DNA from: Candidatus Yanofskybacteria bacterium RIFCSPLOWO2_01_FULL_39_28 | GTDB taxonomy: Bacteria > Patescibacteriota > Minisyncoccia > 2-02-FULL-40-12 > GWA2-44-9 | Direction: 5' to 3' | Assembly (NCBI GenBank): GCA_001794635.1 | Contig: MGKE01000002.1 | Coordinates: 13,921 to 77,920 of the forward strand | Length of the DNA stretch: 64,000 bases | Shown here: positions 43,122-51,490 of the stretch, in pieces | How the letters are laid out: each line of letters begins with the position of its first letter | How positions within the stretch are numbered: the stretch's first letter is position 1 | Made by a program: the position numbers and the translations under genes | The notes under the pieces: generated by a model | What the model was told of the DNA's origin: nothing | Database searches by the model: none | What the model saw: the letters and a program-made list of their open reading frames with translations, nothing else

Positions 43122-44989
43122 TAGATTCCCCCTATCATTTGCTGCAGGTCTTCAACAATTGTATCAAGTCCCATGACTGGAAATCTTTTTCTCCAGTAGT
43201 CATTTCCTTGCCAATGTTCTACGGCCAGATTTAATCTGTAATTTGCTTGTTCTCTGTTGCCGCGCTTATATTCCAAGAGAGCGAAATATAAGTTTCCCAA
43301 AGCATTCTCTTTATGTGTTTTATCGCACATATTAATAAATAACTTGTGCAGCATTTCTATTTTAATTGGATTTTCAAGATGCCACATTTTTTCATAATTT
43401 ATTCTGTAATCCATGGCAAACCAAATATCTATCAACTCTTTTCTTGTGGGTATTTTATCTTGATCGCCGACAAGGTGGTCAACAAACGGCAGGGCTTGTT
43501 CTTTTTCGTGTCTGGATCTCAGGGCTTGTTTACCGGTTGAATTGACGATTGGCCTTTCCGTGCCGTTAATTAAGTCTTGTTTTGAAATTTCACCGCGAAC
43601 TACGGCATGGTTTGTTATTTCTACGCCAGGAATGAGATTGAGTGGGGAAACTGTATACCAGTCAAAATCCATCTGCTTAGCCAGATTGATGGTGTCCCAT
43701 ATCATTCTTATTGATTCACCGGGGAAGTTTCTTTCCGGTTCTGGTGGAAAACCAACCATTAATAATCCTTTAGCAAAGATTTTAGGGTGTTTTTTCATTA
43801 TCTCGCCGGCTCTAAGGTAATGATGTACACCGCTTGGTTTGGGAATGTTCTTTAAAACCACAGGATTGCCCGATTCAATTCCAAAACTTAAAGCGCTGCA
43901 TCCTGATTTTTCAGCCGCATCGGCTATTTCCTCGGTCAAAGCAGAAGCAATAACTCCGTTTGAAGCATCCCAATTGAAACCCAAGTTTAACCTTGCCATT
44001 TCATTGAAGATTTCAATGATCGGACCGTTTAATAGATCATCATCCAGGGCCATGAAATAAGTAATACCCCGATCTCTTAATTGTTTTAATTCCTCTATGA
44101 CCCTATCCTTATCTCTTCTTAAAACGACTCCCGGGCCGTTAAATTTTTCCACCGAACAGAATCGGCATCTGGCTCGGCACCCCCTGTTAAAAAGCACCGT
44201 CCCTGCTCGTGTGTCTGGCTTGAATAGCCAATAAAATGTTCCGATTCTTCCCAGTTTACTGTATCTCTCAATTGGCAGGTCGTGATAATTAGGCGCAATA
44301 CTTAAAGTTTCAAACTTCGGTTCAGCCCGTTGAGTGACGGCAACATATTTACCGTCGTAAATAGTTGCTATTTGGGTAAGATTCTCTGGACTCATTTGGC
44401 CATTGGCGACATCCAAAAAATCACCGAAGCTATCGTTACCTTCATATAATCCAACAAAATCTATGTCCTGACTGTCCTCCAAAACTAGTTGTCCGGGAGA
44501 AGACTTAATATCCGTTGAAGCCATTGTAGAATGCACTCCGCCGGCTATAACAAGGATGTTTGGGTTAAGTTCTTTAATAAATTTTGCAATACGAACCATT
44601 GAACGATGATAGATTGTGAACATGCAAGTAACTCCAATGACCTCAGGATTAAACTCAATCACTTTATCTCTTAACCATTCTTCCCACAGATTAAATTTGA
44701 AATTTTGAGGTTCAGATTTAAAGTTATCCTGAATCATAAAATTAAGATCAATTAGATCGGTAACATAACCTCTCAATTCTAAGCAAGCTGATATGACTCC
44801 TAACCCATAGGGCTGGTAAACAGGATATCTGTTATCAGAAGCCACTTCGGCGTCCCAATCTTCTTCTGGAACGTTTGGCGGTTCTATGAGCAGAATTCTC
44901 TTGCAACCGTTTGGTAGTTTTTGCTTCAACTTCTCAGTTATTAGAATCTGTGATTCTGTTGATCGTTTTAGCATTAAATCTATGGACAT
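43121..44989 (-). CDS. Cobalamin-binding-domain (class B) radical SAM enzyme with a helical-repeat-like C-terminal tail
   Basis: LFNRGCRARCRFC after a B12-type domain (PEVIGVTCMFT...ILVIAGGVHSTMA). GGGGGG Shine-Dalgarno upstream. Confidence 0.85.
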   Translation of the reverse strand: MSIDLMLKRSTESQILITEKLKQKLPNGCKRILLIEPPNVPEEDWDAEVASDNRYPVYQPYGLGVISACLELRGYVTDLIDLNFMIQDNFKSEPQNFKFNLWEEWLRDKVIEFNPEVIGVTCMFTIYHRSMVRIAKFIKELNPNILVIAGGVHSTMASTDIKSSPGQLVLEDSQDIDFVGLYEGNDSFGDFLDVANGQMSPENLTQIATIYDGKYVAVTQRAEPKFETLSIAPNYHDLPIERYSKLGRIGTFYWLFKPDTRAGTVLFNRGCRARCRFCSVEKFNGPGVVLRRDKDRVIEELKQLRDRGITYFMALDDDLLNGPIIEIFNEMARLNLGFNWDASNGVIASALTEEIADAAEKSGCSALSFGIESGNPVVLKNIPKPSGVHHYLRAGEIMKKHPKIFAKGLLMVGFPPEPERNFPGESIRMIWDTINLAKQMDFDWYTVSPLNLIPGVEITNHAVVRGEISKQDLINGTERPIVNSTGKQALRSRHEKEQALPFVDHLVGDQDKIPTRKELIDIWFAMDYRINYEKMWHLENPIKIEMLHKLFINMCDKTHKENALGNLYFALLEYKRGNREQANYRLNLAVEHWQGNDYWRKRFPVMGLDTIVEDLQQMIGGI

Positions 44990-45028
44990 TAATTACCCCC
45001 CTGTTTTTAATGAACTAAGATTGAAATT

Positions 45029-45057
45029 ATAATATAATATTACGTAAAAATGTCCAA
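45029..45057 (-). promoter_or_regulatory. Sigma70-like promoter for 43121..44989
   Basis: On the minus strand, TTGGAC-N17-TATTAT, followed by the AGTTCATTAAAAACAGGGGGG leader. Confidence 0.45.
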
Positions 45058-45062
45058 TTATA

Positions 45063-45089
45063 ATAAAAAGGCCCCATTGTGTTGGGGCA
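45063..45089 (-). terminator. Intrinsic terminator after the PhyH gene 45098..45838
   Basis: On the minus strand, GCCCCA-ACACAA-TGGGGC is followed by CTTTTTATT. Confidence 0.7.
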
Positions 45090-45097
45090 GGATTGAT

Positions 45098-45838
45098 CTA
45101 AAGCTCATATCGCAAAGGTCTTACCGAAATTTCTTTTCTTTCAGCGGTTTTTCCTGGCAAGAAGTTCGGCTGTTGGCTTATTCCTTTTGCGCCGTAAGGC
45201 ATAAGGACCATTGGACGGTCGCGATCTGAACTTTTATTGGGGTACGAACCATGAGCGACATTTCCGTGAAGGATTAATAACGATCCCTTTTTCATGGGTA
45301 TATCAACCCGCTCATAATTAAGCGGCAAGTTTTTGGATAGATCATGTCCGGGGTTTTGACCCGTTGTCTGTTCGTGCCAGCTTTTAAATAATTCAGCGGG
45401 CAGGAGCGGTTCTAAATGAGAGCCTGGATATATAAACATACAACCATTTTCTTTATCTTGGTCTGCGAGAGGAATGTTCGCGGTTACATACATGCCGTGA
45501 GGCGCCCGAGCATAAGCGTTATCCTGATGAGGATTCCATGCTTGTGATGATCCGGCTTTCTTGAAAAGAAAAATACATTGGAGGCCGATGGTTTCAGCGT
45601 CTAGAAGGGCGTCCAAAATCATGATAATCTTGTAGTAACACATAAGGTGCCTGATTCGGTAGTCTTCTCTGTCCAGGTTCATTATCCCTTTATACTCGGG
45701 ATCTATTTTTGGTGCATATTCGTTAAATATTGCATATATTCTATCGCACTGTTCATTGTTTAATATCTCAGGAATTATTAAGTAGCCGTTTTTTCTGTAG
45801 GAAACAATCTGGTCTCTGGTAAGAAGAAAGTTTTCCAT
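45098..45838 (-). CDS. PhyH-family Fe(II)/2-oxoglutarate dioxygenase (paralogue)
   Basis: GYLIIPEIL, WNPHQDNAY (HxD) and GNVAHGSYPN. Confidence 0.85.
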   Translation of the reverse strand: MENFLLTRDQIVSYRKNGYLIIPEILNNEQCDRIYAIFNEYAPKIDPEYKGIMNLDREDYRIRHLMCYYKIIMILDALLDAETIGLQCIFLFKKAGSSQAWNPHQDNAYARAPHGMYVTANIPLADQDKENGCMFIYPGSHLEPLLPAELFKSWHEQTTGQNPGHDLSKNLPLNYERVDIPMKKGSLLILHGNVAHGSYPNKSSDRDRPMVLMPYGAKGISQQPNFLPGKTAERKEISVRPLRYEL

Positions 45839-45885
45839 TTTTACCTCATTTTTTATGTGCTAGTTAATAAATTGCACTATTTTTT

Positions 45886-46695
45886 TCAAATTTGCAAGTC
45901 TTTCAATTCTTTAAGCACTTCTTCAGCAATCTCAAGTGTGCTTTTATTAAAGCCAGTTGATACACTTCTAATTTTATCGGTGTTCATTCGGTGAACGTTA
46001 TGAATAAAACTGCCGAATTTTGGCTGACTGCCTAATGCTTCGGCGATTTCTCTCAGAGTGGCATTTTGTGTGGAACCGGCGTTAAATATTCCGGTGATGT
46101 TTTGGGTCAAAGCTAGTTCTATAAATTCTTTTATTTGAGACATACTAACAAGATTAAAACTAGATTCAGGGCTTAAGGTAAGGGGGCTTGGATCGTGGCA
46201 CAGGATTTTCATTATGTTAGTGGCTGGTCTTGTTGTAGGGCCGACTATTGAGACGCAACGTAGAATGAGTGGCGATTTGGAATTCTGGAGTACCACTTGT
46301 TCTGCTAATAACTTGAATAGTCCATAAAGATAATAGGTATGATGAACTGGGCAAGAGGTCTCTGGAAAATTTGGTACATCCGTTTCTTTACTTTCGCGAT
46401 ATGGGTCTGGATAAACTGCTGGCGATGAAATGTAAACGAATAAGCCGTGGGGGATTTGAGTTAATTGTTTCGTTAGCTCAATATTTGACTGGTAGTAAGG
46501 CCATAAGTCATTCGGCGGTATAACATTGCGGGTATCGGCGGCGCAGTGAACTATGGCATCGTAATAGTTTTGGCCATGACGATTTATTTCGTTTTTCAAG
46601 TTAGCCCGGTAAAAAGGCTTGCCTCGTAATCCACCCAGTAAATATTGGCCCAAACCGGATGATGTTCCGGTTACAAGGAACTTTGGTTTTGTCAT
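45886..46695 (-). CDS. NAD(P)-binding Rossmann protein (atypical extended SDR), paralogue A
   Basis: FLVTGTSSGLGQYL glycine-rich motif. About 60% identical to 47805..48596. Confidence 0.6.
   Translation of the reverse strand: MTKPKFLVTGTSSGLGQYLLGGLRGKPFYRANLKNEINRHGQNYYDAIVHCAADTRNVIPPNDLWPYYQSNIELTKQLTQIPHGLFVYISSPAVYPDPYRESKETDVPNFPETSCPVHHTYYLYGLFKLLAEQVVLQNSKSPLILRCVSIVGPTTRPATNIMKILCHDPSPLTLSPESSFNLVSMSQIKEFIELALTQNITGIFNAGSTQNATLREIAEALGSQPKFGSFIHNVHRMNTDKIRSVSTGFNKSTLEIAEEVLKELKDLQI
46082..46169. repeat. 88-bp tract identical to 48001..48088
   Basis: Base-by-base comparison found no differences across 88 bp, while the flanking paralogous sequence is clearly diverged. Confidence 0.85.
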
Positions 46696-46769
46696 CTGAA
46701 CCCTTTTTAAAGGAGCTTTGGTGTTTTTATAACATGGTTTTTTGGTTTAGGCAAATAAAAACCAGCATC

Positions 46770-47726
46770 TTATTGCGGGTTGTAATTTTGGCGATACCAG
46801 TCAATGGTTTTTAAGATTCCTTCGGTCAAACCAATGCGAGCTTTCCAATCAAGAAGTTTACGTGCTTTTTCAACATCTATGCTAATACGCGAGCCTATAG
46901 TCGGTTTTTCAAGATCGTATACGACTTTAATGTTTTTACCGAAGCAGGCGATTATGGTTTGTACCAATTCATTGACTGAATAGGTTCTTCCAAGACCAAC
47001 ATTAAATATCTCAAAGTTATTTTTTTGGAAATCAATAGCTTTTTTAATAAATTCAACCTGGTCATCAATATATAGTAAATCTCTAGTTTCGGTACCCGAT
47101 CCCCAAACAGTGATGTCGTGCTCTGCTTGCATTACTTTTACGATTGTAGCGGCAAGAACATGGCCGCGAGTTAAATCAAATTTATCATGCGGACCATAAA
47201 TATTCGTATGCCGTACGACGGTGTATTTGGTTGAACCTAAGCAGGCATAATAACAGCACTGTTCCTCTCCTGAAATCTTCATTTCCGCCGATCTGGCATA
47301 TGTCGGATGGATTCTTTTTATATCAATGCCGTCTTCGGTTAAAGGAGTGTCGCTTGAGGGATACATTATCGTACAACTCAGAAAAACAAAATGCCTTGCC
47401 TTATTGAGGTGGGCTGCCTCAATCAAATTAGAATTGATTAAGCCGTTTGCTTCAGCATTAGCTCTGGCGCTTTCTTCTTTGGAGAATACTCCTATACCGG
47501 AGATCTGGCCCGCAGCATTAATAATTATGTCCATGTCTTTTGTTGTTCGTAATGCTGTTTCCTCATTTTTTAAATCGGCTTGCACTATTCTGGAATTGGA
47601 AATCTGGGGTTTATTTTTCAAATAAGTTCCGTAAACCTCGTAATTGTTGAATGAACTAAAGTATTCAAATAAGTTGCGGCCAATAAATCCGCTTGCTCCG
47701 CAGATCATTATTCTGGTTTTTTTCAT
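46770..47726 (-). CDS. Fcl-family NAD(P)-dependent sugar epimerase/reductase
   Basis: IMICGASGFIGRNL, NIYGPHDKFDLTRGHVLAATI and TVWGSGTETRDLLYIDD. Confidence 0.7.
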   Translation of the reverse strand: MKKTRIMICGASGFIGRNLFEYFSSFNNYEVYGTYLKNKPQISNSRIVQADLKNEETALRTTKDMDIIINAAGQISGIGVFSKEESARANAEANGLINSNLIEAAHLNKARHFVFLSCTIMYPSSDTPLTEDGIDIKRIHPTYARSAEMKISGEEQCCYYACLGSTKYTVVRHTNIYGPHDKFDLTRGHVLAATIVKVMQAEHDITVWGSGTETRDLLYIDDQVEFIKKAIDFQKNNFEIFNVGLGRTYSVNELVQTIIACFGKNIKVVYDLEKPTIGSRISIDVEKARKLLDWKARIGLTEGILKTIDWYRQNYNPQ

Positions 47727-47763
47727 TTTGATGTCTTTTGTGATGTAAATGAACTTGGTAAAG

Positions 47764-47792
47764 ATGATAAACTAAAAAAAATCTTAAGTCAA
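47764..47792 (-). promoter_or_regulatory. Sigma70-like promoter for 46770..47726
   Basis: On the minus strand, TTGACT-N17-TATCAT. The leader contains AAGTTCATTTACA. Confidence 0.5.
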
Positions 47793-47818
47793 CAAAAAAG
47801 AGGCTTATACCTCTTTTG
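47793..47818 (-). terminator. Intrinsic terminator at the stop codon of 47805..48596
   Basis: On the minus strand, AAAAGAGG-TATAAG-CCTCTTTT is followed by TT. Confidence 0.6.
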
Positions 47819-48596
47819 TTGATAATCTTTCAGCTTCAATTTTTGCTATTTCAAGAGTGCTTTTGTTGAAATCTATAGAAATTTCTCTGATCTTTCTGGT
47901 ATCCATCTGGGGTACATTAAAGGTGAAATTACCGAATTTTGGTTGGCTACCCACGGCTTTGGCTATTTCTCCAAGTGTCGCGTTTTGGGTGGAACCGGCA
48001 TTAAATATTCCGGTGATGTTTTGGGTCAAAGCTAGTTCTATAAATTCTTTTATTTGAGACATACTAACAAGATTAAAACTAGATTCAGTGCTTAAGGTGA
48101 GTTGGGTTGGGTCATTTCGGAGTATTCTGGCAATGTTTGTCGGCCTGCTTGTCGGCCCGACAATTGTTACGCAGCGAAGAATCAGGGATGAGCGTGTGTT
48201 CTGGCTGACCATTTTTTCGGTTAGAAGTTTGAATAGTCCATAAAGTCCGTAGAGGGGCGGGTCGTGGGGCAGGGTAATAATATCGGATTCGGAATTTAAT
48301 CGGTACAGGTCAGGATATACAGCGGACGAAGAGATGAATACGAATAAGTGGTGAGGAATTTGGAGCAATTGTTTCGTAAGTTCTATGTGCGACTGATAAT
48401 ATGTCAATAATTCATCTGACGTGATACTGTTTCTGGCATCAGTTGCGCAATGGATAATACAATCATAGAAAGTATTTTTGTGGCGGACTATTTCCAGGGG
48501 ATCTATTCTTTGGAAAGGTACGGCTCCAAGCTCTTTGACCAAATAGCGGCCAAGGCCGGATGAAGTTCCAGAAATAAGAATTTTAGCCTTGTTCAT
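47805..48596 (-). CDS. NAD(P)-binding Rossmann protein (atypical extended SDR), paralogue B
   Basis: ILISGTSSGLGRYL. Shares the 88-bp identical tract with 45886..46695. Confidence 0.6.
   Translation of the reverse strand: MNKAKILISGTSSGLGRYLVKELGAVPFQRIDPLEIVRHKNTFYDCIIHCATDARNSITSDELLTYYQSHIELTKQLLQIPHHLFVFISSSAVYPDLYRLNSESDIITLPHDPPLYGLYGLFKLLTEKMVSQNTRSSLILRCVTIVGPTSRPTNIARILRNDPTQLTLSTESSFNLVSMSQIKEFIELALTQNITGIFNAGSTQNATLGEIAKAVGSQPKFGNFTFNVPQMDTRKIREISIDFNKSTLEIAKIEAERLSTKEV
48001..48088. repeat. 88-bp tract identical to 46082..46169
   Basis: See the partner feature at 46082..46169. The tract encodes SSFNLVSMSQIKEFIELALTQNITGIFNAG. Confidence 0.85.
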
Positions 48597-48597
48597 C

Positions 48598-49404
48598 TTA
48601 CAACCCTCTTGTTATTCCTCCGTCAATATCATAAATGTGTCCGGTTTGAAAATTTGCTTTATCAGATGCAAGATAGACAACGAGGTCGGCCACGTTTTCT
48701 AGCGTACCCATTCTGCACAGGGGCGACTTTTGGAATTCTTCATAACGCATTAAATGCTCAGCTGCTTCGTAGGTAATTTCTGATCTTTGAGCTCTATCAG
48801 CTACATTTTGTCTCCATATTCCTCCATCCAAAGTGCTTGGGCAGATTGCATTTACCAGAATATTGGCATTGCCCAATTTTGTGGCAAGTTGTTTGGTTAA
48901 GATGTTCAGCGCTGCTTTAAATGAGACATAGTGAGGATTGAAATTGCCGGGTTGATGGGAGGACAAGCTGGAAATATTTATAATCCTTCCTTGTTTTGAA
49001 GCCGTTAAGTATGGTAATGACGCTCTGATAAATCGGACGGCGCTCATAAAAGTTAGATTGTAACAACTTAGCCAGTCTTCGTCGGATAGATCGGTGAAAT
49101 CGCCAAATTTTTCTAAGTGGCCGGCGTTATTGACCAGGATATCCAGTTTGCCTATTGCGGCAACGGGACCAAGTTCAAAAAAACTGTTTATTTTATCGTT
49201 ATCTGTAACATCAACCGGACAGGCCCATGTTTGCACACGGTATTTGTCTGATATTTCCTTCATGGTTTTTATTACAGCTTTTTCGTGACGGCCGTTAATT
49301 ATGACTTCAACACCTTCTTGGGCCAGAGCCAGTGCGATAGCTTTGCCTAGTCCATGGGTTGAACCAGTGACAAGAGCTAGTCGTCCTCTAAGGTTTAAAT
49401 CCAT
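48598..49404 (-). CDS. Classical short-chain dehydrogenase/reductase (FabG-like)
   Basis: LVTGSTHGLGKAIA, NNAG and YVSFKAAL (YxxxK). Confidence 0.85.
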   Translation of the reverse strand: MDLNLRGRLALVTGSTHGLGKAIALALAQEGVEVIINGRHEKAVIKTMKEISDKYRVQTWACPVDVTDNDKINSFFELGPVAAIGKLDILVNNAGHLEKFGDFTDLSDEDWLSCYNLTFMSAVRFIRASLPYLTASKQGRIINISSLSSHQPGNFNPHYVSFKAALNILTKQLATKLGNANILVNAICPSTLDGGIWRQNVADRAQRSEITYEAAEHLMRYEEFQKSPLCRMGTLENVADLVVYLASDKANFQTGHIYDIDGGITRGL

Positions 49405-49435
49405 ACGGACTCCTTGTAAATGAACTTTGCTGATT

Positions 49436-49464
49436 ACGATAAAATAAATTATTTATCAAGTCAA
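49436..49464 (-). promoter_or_regulatory. Sigma70-like promoter for 48598..49404
   Basis: On the minus strand, TTGACT-N17-TATCGT, followed by AATCAGCAAAGTTCATTTACAAGGAG. Confidence 0.5.
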
Positions 49465-49465
49465 G

Positions 49466-49500
49466 GCAAAATAATAACCTCACAATTATTGTGAGGTTAT
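49466..49500 (-). terminator. Intrinsic terminator at the stop codon of 49497..50456
   Basis: Perfect 13-bp stem, ATAACCTCACAAT / ATTGTGAGGTTAT, followed by ATTATTTTG on the minus strand. Confidence 0.7.
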
Positions 49501-50456
49501 GTCCTGACTGTTTTTCGGCAATGTTCCAGAAGATATTCAACGCTTTCTTCAATAGTATAACGCGGTTGCCAGCCGGTTTGGGCGGTGAATTTTGATGTGT
49601 CCGGTATTTGTAAAGTTACGTCAGCTGGTCTTAATAATTCCTTGTTCAAGCGCGATGGAATTGGACAGGAAGCTTTTTGTTTCAAGATTTCAAGAAATTC
49701 CCCCACAGTCATAGTCGTTGAACCGCCGATATTATATACTTCTCCAGGTATGCATTTTTCTATGGCCACCCAATAAGCTTCCATAGCGTCACGGCTGTCT
49801 ATAAGAGTTCTGACAGAATCAAGGTTTCCATGCACAAGCTCTTTTTGAAGTCCGGCTTCAATGCGAGCTACTTGGAGAGCGAATGCGGTAGCAAAGAGAT
49901 CGCTTCGCCGCGGGTTAATATAAGTGAACATCCTTGTTGTTATGATGGGAATGCCAAAACTTCGGTAATATACATAACCCAAATGATCTTGAAAAGTTTT
50001 AGAGACAGCGTATGGGCTGGATGGCTTTATCGGACAATCTTCTTTGATCGGTACATTCTTCGGATCAACTTGGCCATATACTTCCGATGTGCTGCAAAGC
50101 TGTATTCTTGGTGTTATTCCGGCAGTTCTTACCGCTTCCAAAAAGTTTGCTGTACCCATGACATTGTTTTCTATCACAGCTAATGGAATATCAAAGGATT
50201 CTCTAACATTGGCATGAGAAGCAAGGTGGAAAATGTAATCAGGATTTATCGCGTTTAAGACTTTGAGTATTGAGCTAAAGTCCTTCAAATCACATGCATG
50301 AACATGAACTTCGTTTTTTGTTTGAGAAAGATTTCTGGACGTGTGCCATCGGCCAGCGCCGTGAATTTCGCATTCGGGGTGATTCGCGACAATGAAATCT
50401 GTAAGATAACTGGCTCCAGAACCGTGGATGCCGGTTATTAATATTTTTTTACCCAT
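49497..50456 (-). CDS. gmd: GDP-mannose 4,6-dehydratase-like enzyme
   Basis: ILITGIHGSGASYL, STSEVYG, PYAVSK and NPRRSDLFATAFALQVARIEAGLQKELVHGNLDSVRTLIDSRD parallel Gmd motifs (HESPRRG..FVTRKI..A.I..G......GNLDA.RDW). The substrate could instead be a GDP-heptose. Confidence 0.65.
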   Translation of the reverse strand: MGKKILITGIHGSGASYLTDFIVANHPECEIHGAGRWHTSRNLSQTKNEVHVHACDLKDFSSILKVLNAINPDYIFHLASHANVRESFDIPLAVIENNVMGTANFLEAVRTAGITPRIQLCSTSEVYGQVDPKNVPIKEDCPIKPSSPYAVSKTFQDHLGYVYYRSFGIPIITTRMFTYINPRRSDLFATAFALQVARIEAGLQKELVHGNLDSVRTLIDSRDAMEAYWVAIEKCIPGEVYNIGGSTTMTVGEFLEILKQKASCPIPSRLNKELLRPADVTLQIPDTSKFTAQTGWQPRYTIEESVEYLLEHCRKTVRT

Positions 50457-51412
50457 TATACATCCCCCTCTTCGGATAAAATTTGGCGGATTTTGTAATA
50501 ATGATTAATTGTTCTTTTTAATCCAGTTTCTAAGTCAGTTTTTGCTTTGAAGCCGAACTCAGTGGCATTAGTAATATCTAAAGATTGACGTAGTTGGCCG
50601 ACCGGTTTAGATGTATCCCAATTGATTGCGCCTTTGTATCCAAGGATTTGGCAGATTGTGTTGGCCAACTCTTTGATGGTCGTTTCTTTGCCAGTTCCTA
50701 TGTTAATTGGTTTTGTCTCATTGTAATTTTCAGTTGCCAGAACTACAGCTTCAGCTGCGTCTTCAACGTAAAGGAATTCGCGACTTGGCGTTCCATCGCC
50801 CCAGACATCTATGTTCTGGCTGTTGGTTTCAAGAGCGTTTACTATCTTAACGATAAGCGCTCCGGTTACATGGGACTTTGTCGGATCAAAGCTGTTTCCT
50901 GGGCCATATAAATTAGAAAGCATAAGGTGAACAGAATTAAAACCGTATTGTTTGCGGTAAGCTTCGCCTTGAACAATAAGCGCTCTTTTAGCTATGGCAT
51001 AAGGCGCATTTAATTCCTCCGGATAGCCATCCCAAAGACTTTGTTCTTTTAATGGCATTGGAGCGTTTTTGGGATATTCGCATATACTGCCAATTATTAC
51101 GAACTTTTTGACTCCGGCTTGGTAAGCAGCTTTCATAAGGTTTATTCCCATGGAAGCGTTATCGTCAAAAATTTCTGCTGAATGGGCAGGATTATGTCCT
51201 ATACCGTAACCATTAACGGCGCAATGTATAACGAAATCATGGTTTGGCATTATTTCTTGGCAAACCTCTAGGCGCCGCAGATCATTGTTTTTAGAACGGG
51301 GGATAGTGATATCTTTTTCCAAAACCCCATGTTTTATTAATCTGTTCTTCACGTGCTGGCCTAAAAATCCAGCTCCGCCGGTTAGTAAAACACGAGCACC
51401 GCTTATGCTCAT
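50456..51412 (-). CDS. GDP-L-fucose synthase / GDP-L-colitose synthase-like epimerase-reductase
   Basis: VLLTGGAGFLG, PYAIAKRAL, SNLYGPGNSFDPTKSHVTGALI and DVWGDGTPSREFLYVEDAA closely follow Fcl motifs. I chose the ATG at 51412 because the track start at 51514 runs into the foldback repeat and crosses the promoter. Confidence 0.75.
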   Translation of the reverse strand: MSISGARVLLTGGAGFLGQHVKNRLIKHGVLEKDITIPRSKNNDLRRLEVCQEIMPNHDFVIHCAVNGYGIGHNPAHSAEIFDDNASMGINLMKAAYQAGVKKFVIIGSICEYPKNAPMPLKEQSLWDGYPEELNAPYAIAKRALIVQGEAYRKQYGFNSVHLMLSNLYGPGNSFDPTKSHVTGALIVKIVNALETNSQNIDVWGDGTPSREFLYVEDAAEAVVLATENYNETKPINIGTGKETTIKELANTICQILGYKGAINWDTSKPVGQLRQSLDITNATEFGFKAKTDLETGLKRTINHYYKIRQILSEEGDV

Positions 51413-51449
51413 AACTAATCCCCTTCTATTTACAAAGAACCTTGGTGAA

Positions 51450-51477
51450 ATTATATATAAAAAACGTGATAAGTCAA
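51450..51477 (-). promoter_or_regulatory. Near-consensus sigma70 promoter for 50456..51412
   Basis: On the minus strand, TTGACT-N16-TATAAT lies about 37 nt upstream of GGGGATTAGTT-ATG. Confidence 0.6.
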
Positions 51478-51490
51478 CCGAATAATCGCG

